Source of the DNA: Callorhinchus milii
Lineage: Eukaryota
Direction of reading: 5' to 3'
DNA length: 64,000 bases
Assembly (NCBI RefSeq): GCF_018977255.1
Contig: NW_024704743.1
Location: forward strand, 48,548,001 to 48,612,000
Made by a program: the position numbers and the translations under genes
Shown: piece by piece, positions 27,966 through 42,200 of the stretch
Position numbering within the stretch: position 1 is the first letter of the stretch
Layout of the letters: each line of letters opens with the position of its first letter
Notes under the pieces: generated by a model
What the model was told of the DNA's origin: nothing
Database searches by the model: none
Seen by the model: the letters and a program-made list of their open reading frames with translations, nothing else

Positions 27966-28775
27966 ACAAACCGTGAGCAGTTGTTAAGCAATACAGCAGT
28001 GTTTGCCTCTTGTATAATGTAGTCAGTATGCAGTTACTCAGACAGACATATGTTTCCACTTACAGCAATTAAAGTAATAGGAGCAAGTGATTATTTTAAA
28101 AAGTTAGCAAAATATTTAATTATCAGTGTGAAATACATGATAAAGATCTAACAAATAGAGAACATGCTGGGCTTTGTAATAACAAGTGATTTTATTTTAA
28201 TGAGAGTTATTTGGGGAGAATTATTTCGGGTGGGAATAACAATTGCATGCTCCATTTATAACACTCATGTGGTCTTATAAATTAAATTATTTTGATACTC
28301 ATTTAATCATACTCATGCAATGGCCATATGCATCCAGCAGAGAGAGCTAGTCAAGGAGGTACATTTGCCATTCATTTAGTAAATTCCTGATTCTGAGGTC
28401 AGGTAGATTAGAGAATAATTGTTGAAACCAAAAGTAATACCGAGAAATTGATCTTGTAAAAGGAATGGTTTCTCTTTCAATTTATTCGGAACCCAGTTCC
28501 ATGAGCAACGTGAGGATCAAGTATTACATTTGCAGAACTGTCTGGAGCCCATTTACTACTTGATTCACATGTGATTGATGGAGGTTGTATTATCCACTTT
28601 GTGGTTGACCACCATATGGAAGTAGACCCTCCCTTTAAAGATTTCATTCCTCTTCCAGGTCACAAGTGTAGTTACGTAACTCATAAACATCAGAAAGCAA
28701 TTAGAAGAGCAGCCATGTAGCTTCAGTTACTGTTGGGCAGCCCTATAAGGAAACAGCCCTACTGCACTGGTTGAT

Positions 28776-29147
28776 AACAACAACAAAATTACATTTGTAT
28801 ATAGTCTTTCATATTAGGAGGACATCCCAAGACGCTGGACAGTCAGTGCTTTGGACCCGAACTGGGGATCGGGGAGGACGGAGGGCGGGGGGGAAGCAGG
28901 GAGATTGAAAGCACGGTCGAAGAGGAGGGTCTTGAGATGGGTCTTGAGGGAGGCAAGGGAGGGGGCGAGGCGGAGGAACTGCAGGATGGAGTTCCAGAGG
29001 GTGGGGGCAGAGTGGTTGAAGGCCTGTCCGCCAATGGTGCGGCAGGCGAGGTGGAAGACGTGAAGCAGGCTGGAGCCCGCTGAGCGGAGGGAGTGGGCAA
29101 GTTGGTAAGGGATTAGGTGGTCATAGAGGTAGCGGGGAGCAAGGCCA
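28776..29147 (-). mobile_element. L2-type LINE 3' end
   Basis: Minus translation GLAPRYL..HSLRS..IGGQAFNHSAPTLWNSI..LKTHLKTLLFDRAF is the L2 ORF2 C-terminus; (TTG)n tail. Confidence 0.88.
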
Positions 29148-29309
29148 TCTTTCAAGGGTTTCTTCACCCTCCAAAAGCCATTGATTAGATGGCCTGACAG
29201 ATTTCCAGACTAACTACACAGTCAGTGGCACAGTACAGGATTACTAAAATCTGTATTACACTTTGAAAAACTTTTAACTTTTAACACTTCTTTAAAACTG
29301 GTTGACGTG

Positions 29310-29536
29310 ATACTTTGGTGAAGACACTGGGGAGACAGCTAACCAGTTATTGTGAATGCTTATGTGATGTGACAGGATGAATTGCCTAAAAATATAGATA
29401 TTTGTTAGGTCAGGGTGTTAAGGTTTATGGGGCAAGGACGGGTAGCTGAACTTGAGTTACTGATCAGCCATGATCTTATAAAATGGCGGAACAGGTTTGA
29501 GGGGCTGAATAGTGTACTCCTGTTTCTATGTTTCTA
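29310..29536 (+). mobile_element. CR1-type LINE 3' end
   Basis: gatcagccatgatctt...ggggctgaat...ctcctgtttctatgtttcta; same family as the tail at 54288. Confidence 0.75.
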
Positions 29537-29879
29537 ATATAGCAAATTAAGTAACTGAGTATAACATGATGTATCCTTTCAGATACACCAAGGAAGAGGA
29601 CAAGAGGGAAAAGGTTCAGGGATGTAAAAATCAACTTTACAAAAAAAATATTTTTTTCTTTACACAGAAGGTAATCAGTTGCAATGGGTTTATGAGGGGG
29701 GGTGGTTGAGGTCAGTGGACGATTAACTCATTTAGGAAACACGTCATAGAAACAAACACGTCTGTTTGCAGTCATAGAAAAACAGAAGGTTCAGTATTCT
29801 GGAATGATGAGATCAAATGTCCTCAGCCTCTTTTATAATCCTTCCCACCCTCCATGTGTTGCAGATAAATAACACTCAA

Positions 29880-30275
29880 AAGCTTACGTTTCGCACTTGA
29901 GAGTTAGGTTCAAATCCTATTTTCCTCTGACATTCAACCCAAGACACCAAGCGAGATAGCATCTCGCAGTACTGCGGGAATGCTGCACTGTCAGGTTCTG
30001 GCTTTCGGATGGGTCATTACACTGAAGTTCTATCTGTTTGTTCAGATGACATTAAAGGTCCCATGACACTAATTGAAAAGAAAAGGGAGTTTCTTCCAGT
30101 GTCCTTCCTGACTGACAATTTTCCACATTGTTTGACCATTTGCCTCGTGGATGTTTGTGAGAGTTTCTTGGCGCTAGTGTTTTCCATATTTGCATACAGA
30201 GGCAATTGGTAACTTGACAAAAAGTTACGCTTTGAGATATTTCAGCATGATAAGGCTCTATTGAAATGTAAGTTC
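29880..30275 (+). mobile_element. Degenerate Deu-domain SINE
   Basis: ggttcaaatcc B box, cagtactgcgggaatgctgcactgtc and taaaggtcccatgacacta. Confidence 0.6.
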
Positions 30276-31534
30276 CTTTTTCCGGGTGTTTCACCTCAGA
30301 AAAGTGGAAGAAAATATTCCAAGGATGCCCCCCTATTAGCTTGTAGTGAGTGACCCTTGTTGGCGATTGTACAGAGATTAAGAAGTCTCCACTCTTGTAA
30401 GTGGGAAATGGATGTGGAAACATTTTGTACGTTTTTTTGTACAACAGGCACATTTGCAGTGCAAACACAGTTTAACTTAACTTAATTCAGTGATATGTTA
30501 TTGCAATAATACTAAATCTGCAGCTGCATTTAAAAGGAAAAATGTTAGAAATAAAAAATATATAATCTAGTGCACAGAACAAACAGGGAATTGGGATTAT
30601 ACATACTGTAGTAGATAAATTCAATGGAGGAATTAGCACCAGTATATCTTGATGGGCTGAATAGTGCTGTTAATTTCTATGATTCAGTTGTAGAAAAACA
30701 CAGAGAAATTGCGATTGTGGTGATACTAAACAAAAATACATTTTTTAAAGTTAAGAAATGTACACATTTTAGAAAATGGCATTCAGCGCCATCTCTTCAC
30801 ATAAACAGTGAAGTGTTAATTAATAGATCACAGTTTATCTGTCTAATCACCATCCATTTAAAAACAATGCAGGAATCCCTCCCTGCAACTGTATCCTATC
30901 TGCCGCAGGAACTAATGTGCTAAGATTCAGGAACCATAGGAGACAAACTCCAGCTCTCAGTCACTCCTCTCATTGAGTAGCATGCAATCATTCACATCTT
31001 AAATAGAAATAAATATTTGTTTCTTCCAAAAGCTGTCTAAATAAAGTTTAATTTATAATCGTCATTAGCTCATGTTGGAGATGTGCCATTATTGACAGTA
31101 GTATTCTCAGTAATGGGTTTTCTCTTTCCCTACAAAGCTGGCTGTCAGCGCCCTACTTCACAACTCCATGCATCAGACCCTTAGATAAGGAACTTCAGGC
31201 AAATGAAATATTGCATTAGATCTCCAACACTCAGGATAGAAGAACTCACCCACAAATATACAGTCAATTCACTTTACAGCATATTCTGTGAAGCGCTTTG
31301 AGACGTCTAGAAGACGTGAAAAGCACTATATCAAATGCAAGGATTATTATTATTATTATAACTCGCTGCTTTATAGGACCTTATATTGAAATATCTCAAA
31401 GTGTTTTACAAGTAATTATTGTCAAGTGTAGTGACTGTTTTTATAATGTGTACATTTTATAAATACAAATTAACATGATTTTTCCCCTTGGATTTTCTTA
31501 ATACCCTTCCTCTCCTGAAGCCATTGACTCGTGT

Positions 31535-31826
31535 GTGGAGTTCAGTTGCACCAACGTGACAGCCCTCTTGTACATGGGGCAACATATCCATTGGCAAAAC
31601 CCTGGGAAAGCTTCCTTACTCCACACGCCAGATAATAATTCCTCAAGAAAAAAAACAATAATAATTTGGTCACTCAATCCACAACTGTTTGTGGGACACT
31701 GCTGTGCGCAATTGACTTCCGCATTTCGCCCACAAATATACAATCAATTCACTTTACAGTATATTCTGTGAAGCGTTTTGAGATGTCTAGAAGACATGAA
31801 AAGCACTATATCAAATGCAAGGATTA
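31535..31826 (+). mobile_element. tRNA-derived SINE copy, abutting a minus-strand L2 tail (31826-31885)
   Basis: gtggag head, ttccttactccacacgcc core and family tail. Confidence 0.8.
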
Positions 31827-31914
31827 CAACAACAATGACAACAAAATTACATTTATAAGGCGCCTTCACGTCGGGAGGTCATCCCTTATAATTATTACTA
31901 TTATTATTTTCCCT

Positions 31915-32178
31915 GTGTGACCATGTGGCACAAGAACCACAACTGAGTCCAATCCAACTGTCATCTAATGTCACTACATGCATACTTCCAGAAAGGGGTC
32001 ATTAGATCCTGACTGTCAATATTTTCCCCTCCTTAACCCAGAGCTCTGAGTCCACCCAAGGGCATCCACTGTCACCCCAGCTGAGATCAAGTAAATCAGT
32101 CAAGGCAAGGGATCAAGCCTGGGACTTTCATGGTCTATGTGGCTCTGTAGCTAGCATATGGTTCATTTACTCACTGAT
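31915..32178 (-). mobile_element. Older tRNA-headed SINE of a second family
   Basis: Minus strand reads tcagtgagtaaatg...gtcccaggcttgatcc...gatctcagctgggg; a related plus-strand fragment lies near 21570-21690; family not identified. Confidence 0.5.
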
Positions 32179-33761
32179 ACATCCTGCCTCTTCTCCATAT
32201 CTCTTAATCGACTGACTTTCCAAGATCCTCCTATTCCCCCCTTTAAAGATACCAAAATATGCAGTGATAGTTTGCTACTCATTTCTGTGCATTTCAGGTA
32301 TTAATGTGGCGCACACTTGTCTGGTGAATTTTATGATTTGACCATAAATACTCCCTGTGATTTTAACCTTGTACCAGATCATCTGATCATTTTAATGAAA
32401 TTAATCTACAGCACTGCTGACTCACAGCTGATTTGACACTGTCAGGAGTTGGGTTTGAAACATTGGGACATTTATGTGTGTAAATTGGCTGATGCATTTC
32501 CCTCAAAAAATACAGTCTCTCCACTTTACAATAAATCCTATGAAGCGCTTTGGGATATCCTTTTGATGTGAATGGTGCTATGCCAAATGCAAGGATTATT
32601 ATTATTTATTATCTGGTAAGTGCAAAAATATCTTGAACTTCTGGCTAGAATATTTCAATGTAATAATCGTTTGCTTCTTTGCAAAGTCTTTAAGTATGGG
32701 ACTTCCTCTGTGGTCTCCGATGTGAAGTATTGCATATGCTAATGTTTTAAATCGAAGAAATTTCAGGCAAAAATTGTTCTGAATAATAGTTTTAGAAACC
32801 ATGATATAGATGCTACCTTATGGTGTGTTTTATGACTGTGACATAGTCTGTGGGCCAAACCATTTCCCTGACTTCCTGTGTAATACACTGATCATGGCCA
32901 ATTTGACCCCAAGGGTGTACAAGGAAACCTTTTCCAATCTGTACCAAATTCCTTCCTGTGCACAGAGCCAAAGGTTGACATGAAACTGACAGAAATGCGT
33001 AAGTTCAGCTTGGTGATAGGAAAATATTCAAATGTGCTGGTGTGGTTCATGCTGCAGCTTTTCACAGACTATGCTTTCTAGTACCGAGCCATCATATTGC
33101 AGGCTGAACACTTATAACAGAGGGTGTCATTAGTTACATTGTATAATACAAATTACATAAATGAAAAGCAAGAAAAGAACAAACCCATGATGACTTAGTC
33201 CTTCTTATGGATTTTTTTAATGTTATAAATAATTTAACATTTAGTGTATTTTGGTGGATATCCTGGTGCACTTGAATGATTTTTAATCACACATTTTTTT
33301 CAGATTTACATTGAAATGGCAAAATCCTCCCCCCTCCCACGTCCCACCATTCATGCTTCTGAGGAAATGTGCATAACAGTTATCTGCTTCTCTGCAGATC
33401 CAGATCTGGAGTACATATTATCCAGTGGGTGCAATATTTGTACTGGACAATTAATTACTGCAATTTTGAAACTTGGTGCATTTCATTATATTGGAAATCC
33501 TAACAATGAAGATGGCAATACAGAAAAGAAGGCAGAATACAATGGCCTCAGCTTTAGCATCGCAATACAGCTTCTATTGTTTTCTAATTAGAAAAGCCTG
33601 GCTCAAGAGCCAGTCTGACCTTACTGATCGCCTTGAGTAATGCTGTGATTAGCCTGTCAGGACCAGGGTACAGAGCCAGATCAACACTTCATTACTTACA
33701 AATTCTATTCATTGTTACATCCTAGTTTACAGCATCGCAGCCTGGAAGAAAAGAAGTGCCA

Positions 33762-33778
33762 GCTGCCCTCTGCTGGCC
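33762..33778 (-). promoter_or_regulatory. Candidate CTCF site
   Basis: Minus strand GGCCAGCAGAGGGCAGC matches the core consensus CCASYAGRKGGCR. Confidence 0.5.
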
Positions 33779-36469
33779 TATTTCCTTTTATTCAAGGAAT
33801 TCTGTTTTTTTATTTTGTTCTCTTTTTCATTACCTTTTATTACCAAGCAGTGCTGATGATTACAGGGTAGGCAGCTAAACTCTGACACAGGGCCCTTTTC
33901 CACTAAACCTCACTGTCATGTAAAATTCTAGCTGCTACAAAGAATGAACGCTCCAATCCATTTTTGCCAGTCCTAATATGAGAACTGTCAGGGCCCAAAT
34001 TAATGAGTTCCAAATTCCTTACATCACAGTAACTATTTAAGACTGGTCAATTAATTACTTAAAACCTTCTCGAATCATTGTGTATTTCCAGCCTGGACCT
34101 ACATATTCCATTACTTCATGACACAGTGTTTCAATGAGGCCTTTTGGCTTTTGTTATTGCACAAAAAGCACCACTTAAGGAAAGACCATCTGCTGCAGCA
34201 AATGGTAAATGTCAGCAAAGAATGTTGCCTTTTTCTATCATAACATACCTTGGATATTAACCTTTACTGCACTTGAACAAATGAAATAGTGATAATTCTT
34301 TAGGTTAGAAAGTGCTGGAGGTTCTTTTTCAAAAGCTATTGATTTAATGGCTCAACCATTTGTCGTCACAAATAAGCTGTTTCATACTTTATTTTAAAGC
34401 CTTAGAACTTATACCTACACAAAATATAACTGGATTGGTCGATTTATTACTAAGGATACAATTAAAAAAAACTTTTTTGCAGGTTCATCCAATGGCACTA
34501 AACGCCACCTGCATTGGGATTGGCTGGCAGAGGAGTTGCAGGTTCGCATGCTGTGTTAAATCCTTACTGGGCAATGTTTGGGACCCTCAGACATTCAGGC
34601 TTCCAGCTGACTGACTCAGACCATTTGACTGGGTTCTTGTCTTTGTGCTTCCTTTCCTTCTGGAGGTCACTTCCTCCACCCTCCCACTGGGTGTTGAACA
34701 TCTTGGCATCTCCTTTCTTTTGCTCCATCACAGAATACTGTCATTGTGAAGAATTTGTCCATCCATTAATATTGATCCTCTTCATTCATTTATTCATATA
34801 TATGTTACAGCCTGGCTTGGGTATAATCTTATATCACTCCATGTAAATAATAGGTGATTATTGAGTTTATAAGATATTATTCGCAGAACGTAGTTTCTCA
34901 TCATTTTGGAGCACTGGTGATTTTGACGCCTCTGTGTTATACTTGTAAAGTGAATAATAACATTAATAAAAAATTCATAACAACCTTAAGAAAAGTAAAA
35001 ATAATGGTAGATAAATGTATACCTTCAGTGTATTACTTTCCTTGTGATCTTTATGGGGAAAGGAGAAACTGGTCTACATGCATTGTACAACAGTGTTTCG
35101 CATGATTTAATATTTGAGCTGGTCAGCTAAAGCATTATGTCAATTAAAAGCAAAACTGGCCCTCTAGAGTTTTAAATGGGTCAAATTTTTACATGACACG
35201 TCAAGTAGATCAATTAGCAAGCCTAATATACTAACCTCAGGGTTACAGTGCAAAGGGTTGAGCATTAATGTCACTCGGGGTCCACTGGTACTTTAGATTG
35301 GTTCATTTATTTTGTCAAGTCAGTTTAGGTTAAACGTTACTGCTGAATTCGGGTGCTCTACAGCACAGTACCACATTTGAGTAAATCCATTGCTCCATTT
35401 GTTTGAAAACCCCAAAAAGTCCTAAATTGCACAACGTCTCCTTGTCACACACACAGAGAGGGTCATCTGACTTGTGCGTTGTCTCTCGAGGAATCAAAGT
35501 GACAGTATAATGCACCAATTAAACATGGAGCTCAGAGCAGGTAGCACCACTCCTGTGCAATGCTGTGCCCCACCTCCCAAGTCAGCGCTGTTGTGTGGGA
35601 TGGATGTACCAGGTGAAACCCACTGATGCCCTGTCTGTCCTGCTGCAGCAGCAGAGCTGCTCCCCAGCCTGCAGCATCTGAGTGAACGTTACTTCGTGAA
35701 TGTGTTAATCTAATAGAATTTCCAATAAACTTAACTGCCCCGAGAAGATCGGGGGGAGGAAGAGTGTTGCTTAAAAAACAAATTACCATTTTTTTTACCC
35801 CAAAAAATGGGGCAAAATGCTGCTGCAGTCCTCAAAGGATCAATAAAGAAGAAAGCGCAGGATGAACAGCTGGTTGTTTTCATTATAGGCTTTCATTAGG
35901 GATGTAGTGCCTCAAAGCCAGTTTACACGCATACATCAATTTCAATAGGCTCATTTTCAGCTGATTTAATTGACCAATTTAAATTAGTTTAAACACTCAA
36001 AATACTGTAAATGTAAAGTTAAGGGCAGGCATTCACACAGACACATACATGTACCTTTGCGGCTGTGAGGATCTGTGTTAAAGCAGACCAGATTTGCTGC
36101 TGGATTACTGTTCCTGGTCACAGGCTCCAGGTGAACACGTTTTCTTTGTGCGTGTGTGTATTTCAAACGGAGGCGGTGAGATTCAGAAAGGGTTTTTCAG
36201 GAAAAATAACATTGCATAATGTTACCCTGCATACAAGGGGAGATTCAACTACATCATAACCACGTCCGCCTGGTGGGTTTTTTCGTGGCTTGATTTATAC
36301 ACATCAAAACCCCAAACAGAGGCCATGTGAGCTGCACATTGCCTCATCTGCATAATAGATGTATGTAGCGGTTACACTTCTTTCCATTTCGTCTTTTGTA
36401 TGATAATAATAACAATAATCCTTGCATTTGATATAGCGCCTTATCACGTCGTCCAGACGTCTCAAAGAT

Positions 36470-38500
36470 TATTTTTCTCCCTGATTGGGAGCAATGCAAG
36501 AAAACAAAAGTAAAATCGATTTTTTTTTCCCACGTTGAACCCAATTGCCGAAATGATCATCGAAAGGACGTCAGCAGTGGCCGTGGTCAGTAACCTCAGG
36601 GCTGCAGGAAACCCCTCTGTGTGTAGGTTCATCATCTCCCTGAATAAAATAAGAATTGAGAGGGAGGGTGTGGGGGGGGAAAAAAGATGTGTCGTGGCAA
36701 GTTTATATTTCTCCACGTTGTTAGATTGCCCGCACAGTGGTGTCAGAGACGTCTCCTCTCTGCACGAAGCGAAGCCCCGGGTCTGATCCGACCAACACTG
36801 CACAGCGTTTCTCTGAACATTTCTCTCACAGGAGGGGCCGAGCAACAGAGACCGAGGGCTCAGCACTTGCAAACCCGTGTGTTCCCGCACAGGGGCAACA
36901 TCTGCAATATCTGCAACTCTGTTGTCCGGGCAATTGGGCCACATGTGAAGCCGAGCCCCCAACTGGCCCCAGATTCAGCTATTGCTCTGTACCGCTTTAG
37001 ATTTAAATCCGGTAATCAAACAACGCCGCGTAACCCATTTAACTCATTGCGAGAAGGGACGGGGAGGGAGGGGGGAGGGGGGGGTGGGGGGTAGGGGGGT
37101 GGATACTGTGCTGATGCACCTCGGGGTTTTTTTGCGGTTGAGTGGGTAGTTGCATTTTGTATTCCGCTGAACAGTATCCTCGCGTATCTCACACTAATGT
37201 CTAATGCGACAACCGGTAGATAGATGTAATGCCCTCTCAGCTCACCGGGGAGAGGTGGACTTGCACTGGTTTCCTCGCTAAATCCCTCTGTTTCGTGCAG
37301 AAGTGACCCGGTGCTCATTCGCATTAAAATACAAAGTAGGTATTCGGCGCCTTTCCCCAAACATTTAGTTAAAAAAAAGAGGCTGTGATCTATTTAAAAG
37401 AACGCCATCTAAAGTAGTGTTTGCGCAAATACATGTTAGATGTTGCATTTCGCGAGCGCGACTCACACGTGTGTGACCCACTGCAAAGGAGTGAAACACA
37501 AAACCAACGGTGTTGCTCTGAAAAGCCTCCCAAGTGGGAAGATCGGACGAAACAACACTCTTAAATCATGTTTGAAAATATATTGTTGGAATGAATTAAA
37601 CCCCGTGTGTCAGATGACATGCATTGGTTACATGTTTGTAGATCAGTGAGTTTGTCAAGTCCATGTGCATCGTACCAAAGCCCCTGTTATTATCAGAGTG
37701 CTGGCGGGGGAGAAGGGGCTCATACTGTTGTTGTTGTTGTTGTTGTTGTGCAATCCGTTTCATCGTATGTACAGTACACAGAAACGGAGGTACCAGAAAA
37801 TCTTGAGGGATGGAGTCATAACTTTGAAAAAAATACCAAACCTGAATTGGACTGCTGCCAACTTAATGTTTCTCTTTGTTTTTGCGATCATACGAGAAAA
37901 TAAACTGGGCTTTTTATTTTACGGATGTATGGACCGATCCCGTCGGAAGGCAAAGCCTCGGTATTTCACGTGTGGGGGGGGGGGGGGGGGGAAGCGAACC
38001 TCAGTTCTCTGGGGGCTACGGGGGAGGGGGGGTACAGCCCAGTGGGCGCCACACTGCACATCAAATACATGGTGATCCTATAACCTGCAATGTAACCAGA
38101 GCAGCCCCGGAATCAACCCGACTTCAGCAAACACGGCGACCCGTGGCACTGCAAAACCAGCAATGGGTAAATAATTAAACACAGGCAGACATTGCAAAGG
38201 GATCGTCGCTGCCACTGATATATTGTAAACAGGACTGGGTGGAAGACGGCTGTACTTCATATCGAAGGCAATGCCTCCCATCTCTATCTGGTGTTCCCTG
38301 TGCCCGCACTGCACTCTGGAATGGTAACACTGGGTGTGTTTCGGGGGGTTGGGTCACTGTGTCAGGAGAAACCAGATGCTGATGCTTTTTTTTTAAAAAA
38401 AGAAACTTAACTGAAAGAAACAACTCAAACAGCCGGTGGGCGGTAATGTGAAACCCCTAAAAATCGCGGACTTTTAATCCCAAGTCCGGTTTCAGTTTGA
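36470..38500. promoter_or_regulatory. CpG- and GC-enriched, repeat-poor segment (candidate CpG island or regulatory region)
   Basis: Visibly more CG dinucleotides and G runs than the flanks; no recognisable coding motif; ratio not computed. Confidence 0.4.
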
Positions 38501-39188
38501 GGGATGCATCTGACAACATCCAAGGGAAAATGTTTAGAGATGGGTAACGATTCGCAAGCAGAGCAACATCCATTGTATTGTTTTTTTAAAAAAAGGTAGC
38601 AACAGCAGGAGGTTAAACAGGTGATTCAAACTGATCAGATGGTATGAGACGTGGGGCAGGTTATTCAGTTTACACTGTGTTAACCTCAGTCTCAGTATTG
38701 GTGGTGTGACTTTTGCAGCAGCGCCTACCAAAGGGACTTTTTTGGTTGGGTTCTGACTATTGCACCTGTATGTATTTCATCCATTTTATTTCCCAAATCT
38801 TGCCACATATAGAGAGAGACCTGATAATAGAATTATCTTTGTAACCAAGGTGTTTTTTTTCTCAATAGTTTTTTTTAAATCCTACAATCCACGAATACCG
38901 TATCATAGGGATACAATAAAGATGAATAGTAAGTGGCTTATCCCGTCTCTGCAGAGAATGGGTTGATTATATGAAATCAAGACAATTTGCTCATTCCCTG
39001 GATCCTTTCTCATCCACTCTCTGACTACTGGAGGCAGTAGCCTTGATCATAAACACCAGCTAACAAAGGAGATGTTATTTTCAAAAAGAAAACATAACGT
39101 ACTGCAGTAAATTCGCAAAGTTCCTTTATTTTGCATTACTTTTTCCCCATTGCATGATTTGTCTTAACAGTTGCGATAGAAATAATAA

Positions 39189-39194
<6 letters not shown>

Positions 39195-39234
<40 letters not shown>
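39195..39234. repeat. (CA)n microsatellite
   Basis: Perfect dinucleotide run followed by TA repeats. Confidence 0.95.
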
Positions 39235-39242
<8 letters not shown>

Positions 39243-42200
39243 TATATATCTATATAAACCCAGCACTCATAAACGCGTATTTTATTTCATAGGAACCAGG
39301 GTTACTGACTTAAATTATATTCATTAAAATACACCCAAAAATAACATTCGTTGAATTCACAATTCCTAAATGCGTTTGCTTGTTGGCTTATTTATTTGTT
39401 GTCACTTTTGCTGGTATGGTATCTTCAGAATAATGCAGAGAGCACATTTTGATCTCCCCCCTCCCCTTTCTCCACCTGCCCCCAGTGATCCTGTGTGATC
39501 TCCCTGGCTGTCTGCAGTGCTTGATGATGAATGCACACAGTCGTGTCACACCTCGGTGAGACAGATCACTGTTGCCCTCGCTCTCTCTGAACATGTACAT
39601 CTTCCCCGTTTATTTGTGAACTCGCAGCAGGTAGAGTATTTGAAGTCCTCGCTAGAGGAGGGGTTGCTATGCCTTGAGCCCCCCTCCCTCTCCCACACTC
39701 TCCCCATCCTCTCCCTCCCCTGAGTGCCTGTGGTGTGTGGATGCAGCAGTGCTGGCTCCTGCCTCTGGCTGGCTCCCACGCCGTTGCTATGGGTTACCGG
39801 TGCCGGGTTACAGCTACCTGACAGGAGGAAAACTGGGACAGAAACATCAGCATCCATCTGCACAGGGGCATTTAGGAATAAAACCACTCATTCAAGGAAG
39901 GAAGAGAAGTTCCGCAAAGAGGGAGAGACAGAGGGAGTGAGAGGGGATAAAGACATGAAAGAGAGAAAGAGGCAATTAATCTGCACCCACCCACCCCCAC
40001 CCCCGAAAAAAAGAACTGCAGTTTTCTGGTGGAATGTGTACTTATTATCCACACAAATGGTGTCCAGGCCTGGACTGAGGTGAGAATTTTCTGGGAATAT
40101 TTTCTGGGATTATTTAGAGCCACGCAGGTGCAGGGATCCAGCACTTGCATCGGGGGCTGCATTTATGGCGATGCTCTTCTTGTCAAACGTTAAGTTGCTG
40201 CGATCCTGATTTTACAAAGAAAGCAGTTTATAGTTTTAACAGTGAACAGATTGAAGTCTGGTGTTGATATATTTTCTTTTTTAAAAAAAAAGCACTTCGC
40301 GTTTTAAAGGAACTGATCTTGTAGTGGATTGCGTTCTCCCCATCAGTCTTCGTACCATTGATTCAGAAAATAACCCACTGAACAAAACATCTAAAATGTC
40401 TGTGTTGCGAGTCACTCGCAGTAATGCAATAAAATCGTGCAATAATTCTGTGTTGTTGTTTTTTTTTGGGTATTTGTTACAGATCAGTGCATTCGAAGAT
40501 TAAACATAGCTTTCTTCATAAAAAAAAACCCATTTGTTTGCGTTCAATCCGAGTTATGTTCAACAAAACGTAACATTCGAGGCTTATTCCAATTTAATTC
40601 GGTTAAGTGGTTTAAGGGGATCTTGTGGCTTTTTTCGTCAAAATGAAAGTTATGCAAACCCAAATAGTTCCATAAAGACGCCGGTGGTTGTGGAAGATCA
40701 CTTTAAAATAAATCAGCTGGTGAATAGGATTGCAATAACACAAGCGTTTCCTCGTCAAATGGGTGTCTTCGAAAGTAATGAAACGTAGTTAAGCAATTAA
40801 CAGTTGTGGAGATTAAATTCAACAGGAATTTTCCTTAACCTCCTCTGGTTTTACTGCGTCCAATTGATGGTTGTTGTGGTCTGCAAACATGGGCATTTGT
40901 TTGATAAGTTTGTTCATTTCGTTCTGAGGTTGTTTGGGTTCTGCCCCATTGCCTTTCCAATATTCCTCTTTGCTCATCGTTGGATCTATTTCTAACTCAG
41001 AAGAAACCTGCTCCAGCATTAAATTTGCGAGCAAAAATAATCAGTACAACTAGTTCTCCAAACTGTGTTATGAATACTTGTACCATTCACAGTGACTGGG
41101 CAAACGTTTTTTACAGTTGTTTTGTGCATTGGTGGTATTTTTAAAACCAGATCCATACAATAAAACATTGATAAAAATGCATTTTATTATATTTAAATGT
41201 TTGAAGTCTTCAGTTTTCTTACAAAGTTTAATGTCAGCCAAACTTTTCAAAGTTCATGTGAAAGATTGTAAAACCATCCAATTATTTTCAACTTTACTTC
41301 CCCATTATTAAGCAGTGGTTTAAATCTGTAGTCACTGCCATAGCCAAATAAGGATTTTAAAATAAATAAAGTCGGATTTTGGAAACCGAGTGAGACTTGC
41401 TTTGTTTGCTGCAACAGTTTTGCAAGATTGCGTTAATAAATATAAAAGCAAAATGCATCATATTAAAACGGCACCTGTAAACTTTAGTTACAGTTTAAAA
41501 GGTAGAGACCAGCGTTGCAAGAAATCTCAATCATATAAAAATAAACTGGTTATAAATACTGTACATAATCACGTATATAGCACCTAACAAAGTAAAACCG
41601 TGCAGGTAGCACCATACTGTGAGAAATAATCATAGGAATGACCCTATGATATTTCTGCTGGGAAAATTAAATTCTCTAGATTTTTTTCTTTTAACTTAAA
41701 TTGTGAAGTCCCCACTTAGAGGATAAGGTAAACAAACACTTCGGATGTCTAGCCAGGATGCGTGACCTGATACGTTGTCAGATGCAAATCATTACTTTGA
41801 GCAAATTCAAATGTAATACTTCTAACCCCAGACTTGTTAAACAGTGATTCTGCTGAGGTCCTAACTCAGAGTGATTGACGTGGAGTCTGGCATTGCAAAG
41901 GACAATTCAAACAGGAATGTGGCCCCACAGAAAGATTCAGCCCTGGTGGTAATTAATTACTTTCTACCTTTTCACTCAACCAATGCACCAACAAACTTAA
42001 TTACACGCAAAAGCTAAACTATTTGATCTCCCATGCTGGTCTACAATGGATCGTGTGATATCCCATTATAGAACACCACAATAAATACTGTACCAAAACT
42101 CTGGCTAGCGAAACTGGCGCGTTGAAAAGGTTAAGAGATGCTAATCGGATAACTAAAAATTTCGTAAAATGGGAAGGGGGCCGGGGTTGACGAAAGTAAC

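Noticed and set aside
28572..28581. PBX-HOX consensus TGATTGATGG
   Set aside because: A single short motif with no supporting context.
38078..38423. Possible coding exon in the GC-rich block
   Set aside because: Open frames on both strands, but no recognisable protein and weak splice signals.
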